Of a stretch of DNA of 64,000 bases, positions 9,097 through 19,771 are shown piece after piece; the first letter of the stretch is position 1, and the number at the start of each line of letters is the position of its first letter. Where the stretch lies: assembly GCA_944390685.1 (NCBI GenBank), contig CALXQL010000005.1, positions 1,801 to 65,800 on the forward strand, written 5' to 3'. The notes below the pieces were generated by a model. The model had not been told where the DNA came from. It searched no databases and was given only the letters and a program-made list of their open reading frames with translations. Origin of the DNA: an uncultured Alphaproteobacteria bacterium. GTDB lineage: Bacteria; Pseudomonadota; Alphaproteobacteria; Rs-D84; CACZYB01. The position numbers were made by a program, and so were the translations under genes.

Positions 9097-11823
9097 ATGG
9101 AGAGAGCCAATACCTTTTGGCAAATAAACGGGAAATATGAAGATGTGAAAGAATTTCACTATTCTTCTAATAATATGTCCTTTGTCGCCTATTTTAAAAA
9201 CGAACAATTAATTTTTGTAATTGATGATACATGCGATGTTATATCACCAAATGAATTATTGATTATAGAACCATTAAAAGATGAAACAAATCTTAAAAAT
9301 CCAGAAACAAAATGGGATTCCATCTTAAAAAATAAATATTCTATAAATCCAATGGAAATAAGACCAAAGGAAAATACTAAGTATAAAAAATTAGATATAA
9401 GTTATACCTCACTTGATTTATATGCATCATTCATTTCATCATTGAATGAGGAAACATTGGATTTAATTGAACAAAATAGAGAAGTTTTATCTCTTGAAAA
9501 TGCTTATGAAAGAGAGGCGGAAAATCTTCTTATTTATAATAAATCAGGATCTACTTTAGAAAAAGCCCAATTGACATTGGAAAAATTGAAAAAACGAATT
9601 TTGAATATTTCAAAAAAAATGAAAAAGCAAGAAGAGGAAGAAGCAAAAAATCCTGATAATGTTAATTCTGAATTAAAAAATGAATTAATGGAAAAATTAT
9701 ATCTTGCCACAGAAAAATTAAAAAGAACAGAACGCCGTATAAAAAGAGCAAATAAACGTTTTGATTCGGCTCAATCTCAATTAACTGCAAACAGACAACA
9801 AATCGCTGAAATAAAAAGAAGGTTAGAGGAACGAAAGCAAAAAAATGAACAAATCGTATCATCTCAACCTATTGAAAAACCTTCGTATTCTGCGATACAA
9901 ACTGATATGAATCCAACGATAAATGACAAAAACAAAATTGAATTCATCCCTCCTCAAATTGAAAAGTTGACATTTGAAAATAATAATGCTACGAATCGAA
10001 GAGAAGAGGTAAAGGAACAAACTTTTTTAACAAAGGAGAGTACTACTATGGCAAAAGAAACAGATAACAAAACAATCCAACCAACACAAGAATTTAAACC
10101 ACCTTTTGTTGATGATACTGCATCAAAAAAACAAGATGGCGATATAAGATTCGCAAAAAAATCAATTGTTTTAGATGATAAGTATAAAAGAATATGGATG
10201 TATTCTCTTTCTATATTGGTTTCTCTTATTGTAGTATTTGGACTTTTCTATTTTGTAAGTGGGGATAGTTCAACTGATGAATATACAGTTAATTATATTG
10301 AACAAAATTATGAACCTATTGTTGAAGAGCCTATGCCAATAGTAGAAGAACCTATGCCTTCTCCTGAAACTTATCCTATGCCAGAAGAAACTGCTCCTGT
10401 TATGAATGATACAAATGCTCAACAAGAAATGTATCAACCAGAGGAAGTTGTTTCTCAACCTATGCCAGTGAAAGAGGAACATGTTGCTCCTGTTAAAAAA
10501 ATAGAACCTGCAAAAAAGCAATCTAAACCAGTTGCAAAAAAACAAACTTCTACAACAAAGGTTGCTCCTAAAAAAGTTGAACCAAAAGAAGAAGAGGTTG
10601 TAGTTGAAGAAGAACCTATCATTGAAGAAGAACCTATCATTGAAGAAGAACCTGTTATGGAAGAAGAACCTGTTATGGAAGAAGTTTATACAGAAGAAAT
10701 CGTTGAAACAGAACCATTAGAAGAAATAGTAATTGATGATAATTACTATATGGATGAAGATATGGATTCAAACGATACCTATGTAGAAGATTATACAATT
10801 GAAGATATAGATATTGCCGATACAGATTTACTTTCCCAAGCAAGAAATGCTTACATGGAAAATGTTATAAATAATGATATTTACTTAGGGGTAATAAAGG
10901 ATTTAAAAATCAATTACTTTGATGATGAAAATCAAAATAATGTAAGTATATTACTTGAAAAATTGAATGAATTAAATCAATACTGGAATACATTTAGAAA
11001 TTATACTTATGATGCATATTATGAAGATGATTATACATTGCGTCCAGATATCAATTATGAAGAATATGCAAATGATGAATATTTACTAAGACTTTATACA
11101 AATGCATATTATGAAATGTATGAATATTTGGTAAATGAATTTACTATGACATACGAATATGCTAATAATACAGCAACAGATTTGTATGATTTAATGGAAG
11201 AAGAAATGCAAGTTTTGGGTCGCCCAAATAAAAAATTGGCTATCTTAGTTGCTTTATATCAAGCAATTCAAGAACAAGGAGGTGCAGAAGCAGTTTTAAA
11301 TGCAATTGCAATGCGTGATGATGAACTTTATTCATGTGGCCCTGAAATAGATGCTACTTTAATGCCAACTCAAACAATAACAGAAGTATCAGTAGAAGAA
11401 AATATTGAATATGATGATGGATCTTCATTATATAGAAGTGAAACAACAACAATAACTGAACAAACCTATCCTCAAGAAGATGATTTATTGGTTGAAAATG
11501 ATGCTTCCTATGAAGATATAGAGTTATATGCAGATGAAACAACAGAAAATATTGTTCCAGAAGAGTTAGTTGCAACTCCACAACCAACAGAAGAAGTAAT
11601 AAATACAACTCCATATAATGATGAAAAAGTTGTATATGAAGAAGAATATATTGAATATGACGAAAATGGTATGCCAATAGATAGCGAATATGTAGAATAC
11701 GATGAAACTACTGATGAATATGCTGATGACAATGGTAATTATTATAACACAGATGATTATTATGAAGAAGATGGTATGGAATATTCTAATAACGAAGAAG
11801 TTTATTATGAAGAAACAATATAA
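9097..11823 (+). CDS. 908-aa bitopic membrane protein: coiled coil, one TM helix, very acidic C-terminal region
   Basis: Coiled coil about aa 120-250; TM IWMYSLSILVSLIVVFGLFYFV; E/D/Y-rich tail. Confidence 0.75.
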   Translation: MERANTFWQINGKYEDVKEFHYSSNNMSFVAYFKNEQLIFVIDDTCDVISPNELLIIEPLKDETNLKNPETKWDSILKNKYSINPMEIRPKENTKYKKLDISYTSLDLYASFISSLNEETLDLIEQNREVLSLENAYEREAENLLIYNKSGSTLEKAQLTLEKLKKRILNISKKMKKQEEEEAKNPDNVNSELKNELMEKLYLATEKLKRTERRIKRANKRFDSAQSQLTANRQQIAEIKRRLEERKQKNEQIVSSQPIEKPSYSAIQTDMNPTINDKNKIEFIPPQIEKLTFENNNATNRREEVKEQTFLTKESTTMAKETDNKTIQPTQEFKPPFVDDTASKKQDGDIRFAKKSIVLDDKYKRIWMYSLSILVSLIVVFGLFYFVSGDSSTDEYTVNYIEQNYEPIVEEPMPIVEEPMPSPETYPMPEETAPVMNDTNAQQEMYQPEEVVSQPMPVKEEHVAPVKKIEPAKKQSKPVAKKQTSTTKVAPKKVEPKEEEVVVEEEPIIEEEPIIEEEPVMEEEPVMEEVYTEEIVETEPLEEIVIDDNYYMDEDMDSNDTYVEDYTIEDIDIADTDLLSQARNAYMENVINNDIYLGVIKDLKINYFDDENQNNVSILLEKLNELNQYWNTFRNYTYDAYYEDDYTLRPDINYEEYANDEYLLRLYTNAYYEMYEYLVNEFTMTYEYANNTATDLYDLMEEEMQVLGRPNKKLAILVALYQAIQEQGGAEAVLNAIAMRDDELYSCGPEIDATLMPTQTITEVSVEENIEYDDGSSLYRSETTTITEQTYPQEDDLLVENDASYEDIELYADETTENIVPEELVATPQPTEEVINTTPYNDEKVVYEEEYIEYDENGMPIDSEYVEYDETTDEYADDNGNYYNTDDYYEEDGMEYSNNEEVYYEETI
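10606..10683 (+). repeat. 18-bp in-frame tandem repeat x4 (EEEPII, EEEPII, EEEPVM, EEEPVM)
   Basis: gaagaagaacctatcatt x2, then gaagaagaacctgttatg x2. Confidence 0.9.
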
Positions 11824-11844
11824 ATCTTATGTTTAATAAAAATG

Positions 11845-11870
11845 AAACCTCTTTTATAAGAGGTTTTTTT
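11845..11870. terminator. Bidirectional terminator between convergent genes
   Basis: aaacctctt-ttat-aagaggttt followed by a T-run. Confidence 0.75.
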
Positions 11871-12162
11871 ATTGTATTAATATTTTATAAGAGTTTGGAA
11901 TTTTATTTAATTTTTTTATACTTTCTTTTTCAAGTATATCAATATTGATAACAGAATTATTTTTTAAAATGCTTATTTCTTGTAAAAGTTTTTCTTTAAC
12001 AATGATTTTATTTTGCAATGTTTTATTTAAAGTTTCCATTTTGCTTTTATAATTTAAATAATTGAAAATACTATATTTATTAAATAATAAACTATATGAA
12101 AACTTAAATATAAGTAATAATATAACAATAAAGGTTAAATATTTAATAAAACTTTTATTCAT
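11869..12162 (-). CDS. FtsB/DivIC-like septum formation initiator
   Basis: N-terminal TM helix, coiled coil, 'INIDILEKESIKKLN' resembles the FtsB C-terminal motif. Confidence 0.6.
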   Translation of the reverse strand: MNKSFIKYLTFIVILLLIFKFSYSLLFNKYSIFNYLNYKSKMETLNKTLQNKIIVKEKLLQEISILKNNSVINIDILEKESIKKLNKIPNSYKILIQ

Positions 12163-12235
12163 TTTTTCTTTTTATTTTAAGATAAACATTATAAACTATA
12201 ATATCATAAAATATTAAAGCGGACAAGAGGTTATT

Positions 12236-13240
12236 TTGTTAAAATCAATAAAATTAAAAAATATAGAAATAAAACATCCAGTGATACTTGCCCCTATGGC
12301 GGGAGTAAGTGATTTACCATTTCGTGAACTTGTTTCATCATTTGGTATACAAAAAGATTGTGCAGTATCATTAACTATAACAGAAATGGTTCCATCTACA
12401 TCACAAGTGATGTTGCTTGAAAAGAAAAAATCAACAAATAAAATAAAGCGACTTTATGAACAAAATAATTCAAGTAATTTAACATCAATACAAATTTTTG
12501 GAAATGATCCGGTTTTTATGGCTCAAAGTGCAAAAATTAATGAGGATTTAGGTGCGGATATTATAGATATAAACATGGGATGTCCAGTAAATAAAATTGT
12601 TAAAAATGGGGCTGGTTCTGATTTAATGAAAAATCCACAATTAGCGGAACAAATAATAAAATCAGTTGTAAATGCAGTAAAAATACCGGTTAGTGTAAAA
12701 ATTCGCGCTGGTTGGGATGCAAATAATAAAAACGCACCTACTTTTGCAAAAATGATAGAAGATGCCGGAGCCTCTATGATAACAATTCATGGACGAACCC
12801 GCAGCCAACTTTATTCTGGTAATATAGATTATGATATAATAAGACAAACAAAAAACGCTGTAAAAATACCGGTTATAGGAAACGGAGACATCACTACATG
12901 TCAATTGGCAAAGGATATGATTGAAAAAACTGGTGTTGATGGCATTATGATAGGAAGAGGCAGCTATGGATCTCCTTGGTTTTTATCAAATGTTATAGAA
13001 TATTTAAAAACTGGACAAGAAACATTTTTCCCAACAATTAAAGAAAAAAAGGAAATAATGGTAAAACATATAAAAGCTATGATTGAATATTATGGAGAAA
13101 GAGGAGGGCTTTTAAATGCAAGAAAGCATATTGCTTGGTATTCAAAAGGAATAAGAAATTCTAATGAATTTAGAAATTTAATAAATAATAGTGATAATAT
13201 AGAAGAAGTTTTTGATTTAATAGATAAATTATTCATATAA
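12236..13240 (+). CDS. dusB: tRNA-dihydrouridine synthase B
   Basis: LAPMAGVSDLPFR, DINMGCP, HGRTR, MIGRG. Confidence 0.93.
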   Translation: MLKSIKLKNIEIKHPVILAPMAGVSDLPFRELVSSFGIQKDCAVSLTITEMVPSTSQVMLLEKKKSTNKIKRLYEQNNSSNLTSIQIFGNDPVFMAQSAKINEDLGADIIDINMGCPVNKIVKNGAGSDLMKNPQLAEQIIKSVVNAVKIPVSVKIRAGWDANNKNAPTFAKMIEDAGASMITIHGRTRSQLYSGNIDYDIIRQTKNAVKIPVIGNGDITTCQLAKDMIEKTGVDGIMIGRGSYGSPWFLSNVIEYLKTGQETFFPTIKEKKEIMVKHIKAMIEYYGERGGLLNARKHIAWYSKGIRNSNEFRNLINNSDNIEEVFDLIDKLFI

Positions 13241-13318
13241 AATGACAATTTCTTCATAAAAATATTGATTCTAAAAAAAAATAATCGTAATCTAAAATAA
13301 AAACAATCAAAGGGGGTT

Positions 13319-14512
13319 ATGATGGGATATAATGAAAAAGAACTTTTAAATAAAATAGAACAAGAAAAAAATAAAGAACAAACAAATGAAATTATTTTAC
13401 CCCCAAAAAAGGAAACAATCGGGGAAATTTTAAAAAATAAAAGGGAAAGTTCTGGTAAAACAATTGAATATATTTCAAATTATCTAAGAATTAAACCTCA
13501 ATATTTAAAAGCATTAGAGGATAATAACTTTCATTTACTCCCAGGAAAGGCTTATGCCATAGGTTTTATAAAAAGTTATGCAAACTTTCTTGAATTGGAT
13601 GCTGATCAAATAATTTCACAATATAAAAAGGAAAATAATACACAAATTGAAAATATAACCACCCCATCTGATGAAAATTCTATGATAGAAGACCCTATTA
13701 TAAATAGTAATCACATTATGATTATGGGAATAATTGTATTTATTGGTATAGTATCAGCATATTTTATTACTAATAAAAAAGACGAAACTCCAATTACAAA
13801 TAATATAGCAATTGAACAATCACAACAACCAACAATGGATGCAACTATAACAAAAGATCCAATAACAGAAAATGTTGATATAAATTTAACTAATAAAAAT
13901 ATAGAACAACCTTTACAGGTTCAAACACAAAATGTTGAAAATGAATCTATTGCAAATCAAGAGGTAAAATTTGTTGAATTTATAAATGAAGACACTCAAA
14001 TTCAACCAAATAATACTATATATGATAATTTAACGCAACCTCTTCAATCTTATCCAAACGATGATGAAATGCAAACTCAACCTGTTCAAAATGAAAATAT
14101 GGATTTAGTTCCTCAAATAAATGAAGAAGAGGTTTTAAATTTCACACAAAGTTTATCAAATAATGAATATGGATTGCAAAATAAAGCAAATTCAAGAATA
14201 AAGTTGCATGCAATTGATACATCTTGGATAAAATTAAAAAAAGATGGACTTTATAAATATGATGCCATAGATGGTGATATAGGCGATGGCGATACAATAT
14301 TTGAAACAATACTACAACCAGGTGATAGTTATTATGTTCCAAATGAAGAAGATTTATATCTTACAATAGGTAATGCCGCTGGTATAGAATTTATAATAGA
14401 CGATACAAAAACAATAAATCCATTAACTACAAAGGCAATATCACGCCATAATGTTGAAATGGATGTGGAAAAATTGGAAAATGGGACAGCATATATAAGG
14501 AATAGAGATTAA
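13319..14512 (+). CDS. rodZ: RodZ-like protein (HTH, TM, C-terminal DUF4115-like domain)
   Basis: IGEILKNKRE...LRIKPQYLKALE...LPGKAYAIGFIKSYANFLELD; LTIGNAAGI. Confidence 0.85.
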   Translation: MMGYNEKELLNKIEQEKNKEQTNEIILPPKKETIGEILKNKRESSGKTIEYISNYLRIKPQYLKALEDNNFHLLPGKAYAIGFIKSYANFLELDADQIISQYKKENNTQIENITTPSDENSMIEDPIINSNHIMIMGIIVFIGIVSAYFITNKKDETPITNNIAIEQSQQPTMDATITKDPITENVDINLTNKNIEQPLQVQTQNVENESIANQEVKFVEFINEDTQIQPNNTIYDNLTQPLQSYPNDDEMQTQPVQNENMDLVPQINEEEVLNFTQSLSNNEYGLQNKANSRIKLHAIDTSWIKLKKDGLYKYDAIDGDIGDGDTIFETILQPGDSYYVPNEEDLYLTIGNAAGIEFIIDDTKTINPLTTKAISRHNVEMDVEKLENGTAYIRNRD

Positions 14513-14513
14513 A

Positions 14514-15860
14514 ATGTCTAAAAATAAAATAAATACATCTGTTTTATCTGGCTTTGTCGAATTATTACCGCAAGGCCAATTCCTTTTTGATAATATAAAA
14601 AATTTAATTGAGGAACAATATAAAAATGCTGGTTTTGTGGCAATAGATACCCCAATAATCGAAAAAAGTGAGGTATTATTTGCAAAAGCAGGTGGTGAAA
14701 CTGAAACACAAGTATATAGATTTCAAAAGGGTGATAATGATTTATCACTTCGTTTTGATTTAACAGTTCCATTTGCTCGTTATGTTGCCGAACATTATAA
14801 CGATTTAACATTTCCATTTAAAAGATATCAAATTGGTAAAGTTTTTCGTGGTGAAAGAGCTCAAAAGGGTAGATATAGAGAATTTTTCCAAGCCGATATT
14901 GATATAGTGGCGGAAAATCAATTATCAATAATGTATGATGTAGAAATCATAAATACTATGATAAATACCATATCAAAAATAACAACCTTATTTAATCTTG
15001 GACCATTTAAGGTTAAGGTTTCAAATCGTAAAATTTGGGATGGATTTTTTAATGAATTTCAAATCAATGATAGTAAAAAAGTTGAAACCATGGCAATCAT
15101 TGATAAAAGATATAAATTTAAAACCGAAGAAGACTTTGAAACTGAACTTAAATCTATAATAAATGATGAAAAAATATATAAATTGGCTTTATCTTTATTA
15201 AAGATAGAATTTATTAAAAATGTTGGTATATCAATACCTGCACAACATCATAACGACTTTGAATTTGTAAAAAATAATCAACTTATGAAAGAAGGTATTG
15301 AAGAATTAGAAGAAGTTATGAATCATCTTCCAGATAATACAGAGGTGGATTTATCTATTGTAAGAGGTTTAAATTACTATACAGGAAGTGTGTTTGAAAC
15401 ATTTTTAACTAATTATAAAAATTTTGGTTCCATTGCAAGTGGTGGTCGTTATGAACATCTATGTGATTATTATACAGATAAGTCAATATGCGGTGTTGGT
15501 GGCTCAATTGGTATTTCACGATTATTTATTCCGTTAATTGAGGAAGGTAAAATAACTACTTCTGATTTAAATAAAACATTATTAGATATTTTAATCATAC
15601 CACAAAATAAAAATTGTTATAATTATGCAATTGCATTAAAAAATCAATTAAATACAGAGTTAAATAAAAGTATTTCTATTATTTTTGAAGATAAAAAATT
15701 CAAAAAACTTATGGAATACGCAAATAAATTAAATGCAAATAATGTTATAATCATAGGTGATGATGAACTTGCCAATAATACTTATACAATAAAAAATATG
15801 ATAACCGGTGAACAAATTACAACCGATATGAATAATTTACTAAAGATTTTAAATAAATAG
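14514..15860 (+). CDS. hisS: Histidine--tRNA ligase
   Basis: LRFDLTVP, FRGERAQKGRYREF, RGLNYYTG, SGGRY. Confidence 0.96.
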   Translation: MSKNKINTSVLSGFVELLPQGQFLFDNIKNLIEEQYKNAGFVAIDTPIIEKSEVLFAKAGGETETQVYRFQKGDNDLSLRFDLTVPFARYVAEHYNDLTFPFKRYQIGKVFRGERAQKGRYREFFQADIDIVAENQLSIMYDVEIINTMINTISKITTLFNLGPFKVKVSNRKIWDGFFNEFQINDSKKVETMAIIDKRYKFKTEEDFETELKSIINDEKIYKLALSLLKIEFIKNVGISIPAQHHNDFEFVKNNQLMKEGIEELEEVMNHLPDNTEVDLSIVRGLNYYTGSVFETFLTNYKNFGSIASGGRYEHLCDYYTDKSICGVGGSIGISRLFIPLIEEGKITTSDLNKTLLDILIIPQNKNCYNYAIALKNQLNTELNKSISIIFEDKKFKKLMEYANKLNANNVIIIGDDELANNTYTIKNMITGEQITTDMNNLLKILNK

Positions 15861-15869
15861 GATAATATT

Positions 15870-16928
15870 ATGAATTTCGAAGAAAAATTATTACAATTAA
15901 AGGATAAATATAAAGATTTAGAAAAGGCTCTTATGGGAACTTTTTCAGATCCAAAAGAAATGGCAAAAATATCAAAGGAATATTCTGATTTAAAGGAAGT
16001 AATCACCCTTGCTGATATTTATTTAAAGACAAAAGATAATATGATGCAAGCCGAAGAAATGATGAAAGATGTATCATTAAAGGAACTTGCCGAAACTGAA
16101 TATTATGAATGTAAAAATAAATTGCATGAAATTGAAAATCAAATAAAAATAGCACTTCTTCCAAAGGATGAAGCCGATGAAAAAAATGTTATATTAGAAA
16201 TTCGTGCTGGAACAGGTGGGGATGAAGCAGCTATCTTTGCAGGTGATTTATTTAATATGTATAAGGCATATAGTGAATTAAAGGGTTGGAAATTAGAGGT
16301 TATAAGTTATCACGAAAATGAAGCAGGCGGTTTTAAGGAAATAATCTCAAATATAACTGGAAGAGGTGCATTCGGTCGTCTTAAATATGAATCAGGAGCT
16401 CATCGTGTGCAAAGAGTTCCAGAAACAGAATCTCAAGGAAGGGTGCATACATCCGCAGCTACCGTCGCAGTTATGCCAGAAGCTGAAGATGTTGATATTG
16501 AAATTTTGGATAAAGATTTACGAATTGATACTTATAGGGCAAGTGGTGCCGGTGGGCAACATGTTAATAAAACTGATTCCGCTATAAGAATTACTCATAT
16601 ACCAACTAATACCGTTGTGCAATGCCAAGATGAACGTTCTCAATTTAAAAATAAAGAAAGAGCTATGAAGATGCTCCGTGCTAAATTATATGAAGCTCAA
16701 CGTCAAAAATTGGATGAGGAAAGAGCAGGGCTTCGTAAATCCCAAGTTGGTACAGGGGATAGAAGTGATAAAATCCGCACCTATAATTATCCACAAAACA
16801 GAGTTACTGATCATCGTATCAATTTAACATTATATAAATTGGATTATGTGATGACAGGAGAAGCACTTGATGAAATAATTGATAAATTGATAACAGAAGA
16901 TCAAATTCAACAATTATCAGCATTATAA
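15870..16928 (+). CDS. prfA: Peptide chain release factor 1
   Basis: GGQ motif; RF1-type PET tripeptide (RVQRVPETE). Confidence 0.97.
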   Translation: MNFEEKLLQLKDKYKDLEKALMGTFSDPKEMAKISKEYSDLKEVITLADIYLKTKDNMMQAEEMMKDVSLKELAETEYYECKNKLHEIENQIKIALLPKDEADEKNVILEIRAGTGGDEAAIFAGDLFNMYKAYSELKGWKLEVISYHENEAGGFKEIISNITGRGAFGRLKYESGAHRVQRVPETESQGRVHTSAATVAVMPEAEDVDIEILDKDLRIDTYRASGAGGQHVNKTDSAIRITHIPTNTVVQCQDERSQFKNKERAMKMLRAKLYEAQRQKLDEERAGLRKSQVGTGDRSDKIRTYNYPQNRVTDHRINLTLYKLDYVMTGEALDEIIDKLITEDQIQQLSAL

Positions 16929-16929
16929 G

Positions 16930-18522
16930 GTGTATATGAAAAAGTTAAGGGTAAAAATGAACTATATTTTAATACTTGTTTTGCTATTTATTTTAATAGC
17001 ATGTGCCAGTGTGCCAAATTCAATAAATGATGTTAATTCAAAGGGTGTATATAAAAAGGAAATCGCCCCATCTTTATTGGAAAATTTTGATCCATTAAAT
17101 ACACCAATAGGTAAAGTTTATGAAAAAGAATTAAAGGCAAATCCAGATTTAAGTGGTGCTACATTGATTGAAAATGGACTTCATGCATTTTTACTTCGTT
17201 CAGCATTTGCAAAAATGGCAACAAAGACAATAGAGGTTCAAACATATATCTATGATAATGACCCATCTTCACGTATTCTTCTTCAAGAATTACAAGAAGC
17301 CGCTGAAAGGGGGGTAAAAGTTAAGATTTTGGTTGATGATAATGGAATGGATTCTGATTTATCTGATATAATGTTATTGGATTTACATAAAAATATAGAG
17401 GTAAAAGTTTTCAACACATTTAAATATAGAAGTCGTCTTATCCGTTATCCACAATTCTTATTTGATTTCAATAGACTTAATTCAAGAATGCATAATAAAA
17501 TGTTTGTGGTTGATGGTGTTTCTGTAATTTTAGGAGGACGAAACATTGCTGAAAATTATTTTGATTTTGATAAAAACACAAATTTCAGTGATACAGATGT
17601 CATATTCGTAGGTAAAATTGCCAAAGAAGCTCAACAAAGTTTTTATGATTATTGGAACTATCACCTTGCAATCCCAGCTTCTCTTTTCCCAGGAAGAAAA
17701 ACTCCAGAAAAATTGCAAGAATTAAGAGCTGAATTTTTAAAATTGAAAGAGGAAGTTCCAGAAAAAGCAGATATTTATGAAAAAGTTATGAATTATATAG
17801 TTGATACATATAAAAATAAAAAATTTGTTGTTGAATGGGGCAAAGGATCTATTATTGCCGATCCACCAGAAAAAATTGATATGCCTAAAAAGGAAAAACT
17901 TAAAACAATAAGCCCAATTTTAAAAGCACTAGAGTATTTATGGTTAAATACAAAAGATAGTATATATATTTCTTCTGCATATTTTGTTCCAGGAAAACTT
18001 GGCACAAAACAACTTATAAAGGAAGCCAATAAAGGTGTTAATATTAACATTTTAACCAATTCTTTATCATCTACCGATGCAGCGGCAGTTTATTCTGCAT
18101 GGGAAAATTATAGAAATGATTTAGTGAAATCTGGAATAAATGTTTATGAATTTATGAATAATGGAATAAAAAGAGAAGGTAAAAAAATCTCATCATTTGC
18201 TTCACTTCATAGTAAAACAATGGTATTTGATGAAAAGGTATCTTGGATTGGAAGTTTCAATCTTGATCCACGTTCCGCTTTATTGAATAGTGAAATAGTC
18301 GCAGTCTTTGAAAATAAAAATTTTGCGAAAAAATTAGTTGCTATGATGGAAAAGGATATGGCACAATCTTGGAAATTAGACTATGTTGATGGGAAAATTC
18401 TTTGGATTGGCAAATATGATGATGCAAAAGATGAAATAATAGAGTATAAATCACCAAATACAACATTATTTAAACGCTTCACAACAAAACTGCTAAAAAT
18501 AATACCTGAAACATTGATATAA
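16930..18522 (+). CDS. Phospholipase D family lipoprotein (ClsC/YmdC-like cardiolipin synthase)
   Basis: Two HKD motifs, HNKMFVVD and HSKTMVFD; lipobox LIAC; real start possibly at MNYILIL. Confidence 0.88.
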   Translation: MYMKKLRVKMNYILILVLLFILIACASVPNSINDVNSKGVYKKEIAPSLLENFDPLNTPIGKVYEKELKANPDLSGATLIENGLHAFLLRSAFAKMATKTIEVQTYIYDNDPSSRILLQELQEAAERGVKVKILVDDNGMDSDLSDIMLLDLHKNIEVKVFNTFKYRSRLIRYPQFLFDFNRLNSRMHNKMFVVDGVSVILGGRNIAENYFDFDKNTNFSDTDVIFVGKIAKEAQQSFYDYWNYHLAIPASLFPGRKTPEKLQELRAEFLKLKEEVPEKADIYEKVMNYIVDTYKNKKFVVEWGKGSIIADPPEKIDMPKKEKLKTISPILKALEYLWLNTKDSIYISSAYFVPGKLGTKQLIKEANKGVNINILTNSLSSTDAAAVYSAWENYRNDLVKSGINVYEFMNNGIKREGKKISSFASLHSKTMVFDEKVSWIGSFNLDPRSALLNSEIVAVFENKNFAKKLVAMMEKDMAQSWKLDYVDGKILWIGKYDDAKDEIIEYKSPNTTLFKRFTTKLLKIIPETLI

Positions 18523-18635
18523 TTAAGGTATTATAATACCACATTAAAAAAGTTAAGAAAAACTCTTAATTTTCTTGACATATAAAAAAAATAAAGTAAT
18601 ATATATCTGTTTAACAAACAAAAAAAGGTAAAAAA

Positions 18636-19109
18636 ATGGTTCAAAAAACATATTCTGCAAAACCATCAGAAGTAAATGCAAAATGGTATGTGATTGATGC
18701 AACTGATGTTGTTCTTGGTCGCTTATCTGCAATAATTGCAACATATCTTCGTGGAAAAAATAAAACAATATATACACCAAACATTGATTGTGGTGATCAT
18801 ATAATAGTAATAAATGCTGAAAAAGTTGCCACAACTGGTAATAAATTGGCAAATAAAAAATTCTTCTGGCATACTGGCTTTCCAGGTGGAATAAAGGAAA
18901 GACTTTGGGGAGCAATTCTTTCCGGAAATCATCCAGAACGCTTGATTATAAAATCAGTTGAAAGAATGATTTCAAGAAATGCTCTTGGCCGTAAACAAAT
19001 GAAAAAACTTCATGTTTATAAGGGTGCTGAACATCCACACACCGCACAAAAACCAGAAGTGATTGATGTAAAAAAATTAAACGCTAAAAATACAAAGAGA
19101 GGTGCTTAA
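18636..19109 (+). CDS. rplM: 50S ribosomal protein L13
   Basis: WYVIDA...LGRL...[14 protein letters not shown]. Confidence 0.97.
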   Translation: MVQKTYSAKPSEVNAKWYVIDATDVVLGRLSAIIATYLRGKNKTIYTPNIDCGDHIIVINAEKVATTGNKLANKKFFWHTGFPGGIKERLWGAILSGNHPERLIIKSVERMISRNALGRKQMKKLHVYKGAEHPHTAQKPEVIDVKKLNAKNTKRGA

Positions 19110-19111
19110 AA

Positions 19112-19741
19112 ATGGTAGAAAAAAAAGAAAATTTAGAAGCAACAAAAGAAACAAAAGAAGTTGCAAAAAAGGCACCTGCTAAAAAAACTGCAACAAAAAA
19201 AGCAGAAGCAAAAAAAGAAGTAAAAGTTGAAACAATCAAAAAAGCTTCTTCTAAAAAAACAACTGCTACTCTTGCTGATATTGCTCCAAAGGCAAATATA
19301 GTAAAAGAAGAAAAAAAGGAAGTTGTAAAAAAAGAACGTCCAATCCGTGATGCAAAAGGTAGAGTATATTCAACCGGAAAAAGAAAAAGTTCTATTGCAC
19401 GTGTTTGGATTATGCCAGGAAAAGGTAAAATCGTTGTAAATGGAAAGGATTATGAAGATTACTTTCGCCGTCCAATTTTACAAATGGTAATATGCCAACC
19501 TTTTAATATTACAAAAAGAGATGGTGCATACGATGTAATGGCAACTCTTGCAGGTGGTGGATTATCTGGTCAAGCAGGTGCTTTAAAACATGGTATAAGT
19601 AAGGCATTATCACTCGCTGAACCTGATTTAAGAATCACTTTAAAACAAGCAGGATTCTTAACTCGTGATTCCAGAGTTGTTGAAAGAAAACACTACGGTC
19701 ATAAAAAAGCTCGTCGTTCTTTCCAATTCTCTAAGAGATAA
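19112..19741 (+). CDS. rpsI: 30S ribosomal protein S9 with Lys/Ala-rich N-terminal extension
   Basis: [22 protein letters not shown]-terminal QFSKR. Confidence 0.97.
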   Translation: MVEKKENLEATKETKEVAKKAPAKKTATKKAEAKKEVKVETIKKASSKKTTATLADIAPKANIVKEEKKEVVKKERPIRDAKGRVYSTGKRKSSIARVWIMPGKGKIVVNGKDYEDYFRRPILQMVICQPFNITKRDGAYDVMATLAGGGLSGQAGALKHGISKALSLAEPDLRITLKQAGFLTRDSRVVERKHYGHKKARRSFQFSKR

Positions 19742-19771
19742 TTTGTTTTTAATAATTGAAAGGATTAAAAA

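Noticed and set aside
10606-10683. 18-bp tandem repeat considered as a CRISPR array
   Set aside because: No spacers, in-frame coding repeat, no cas genes.
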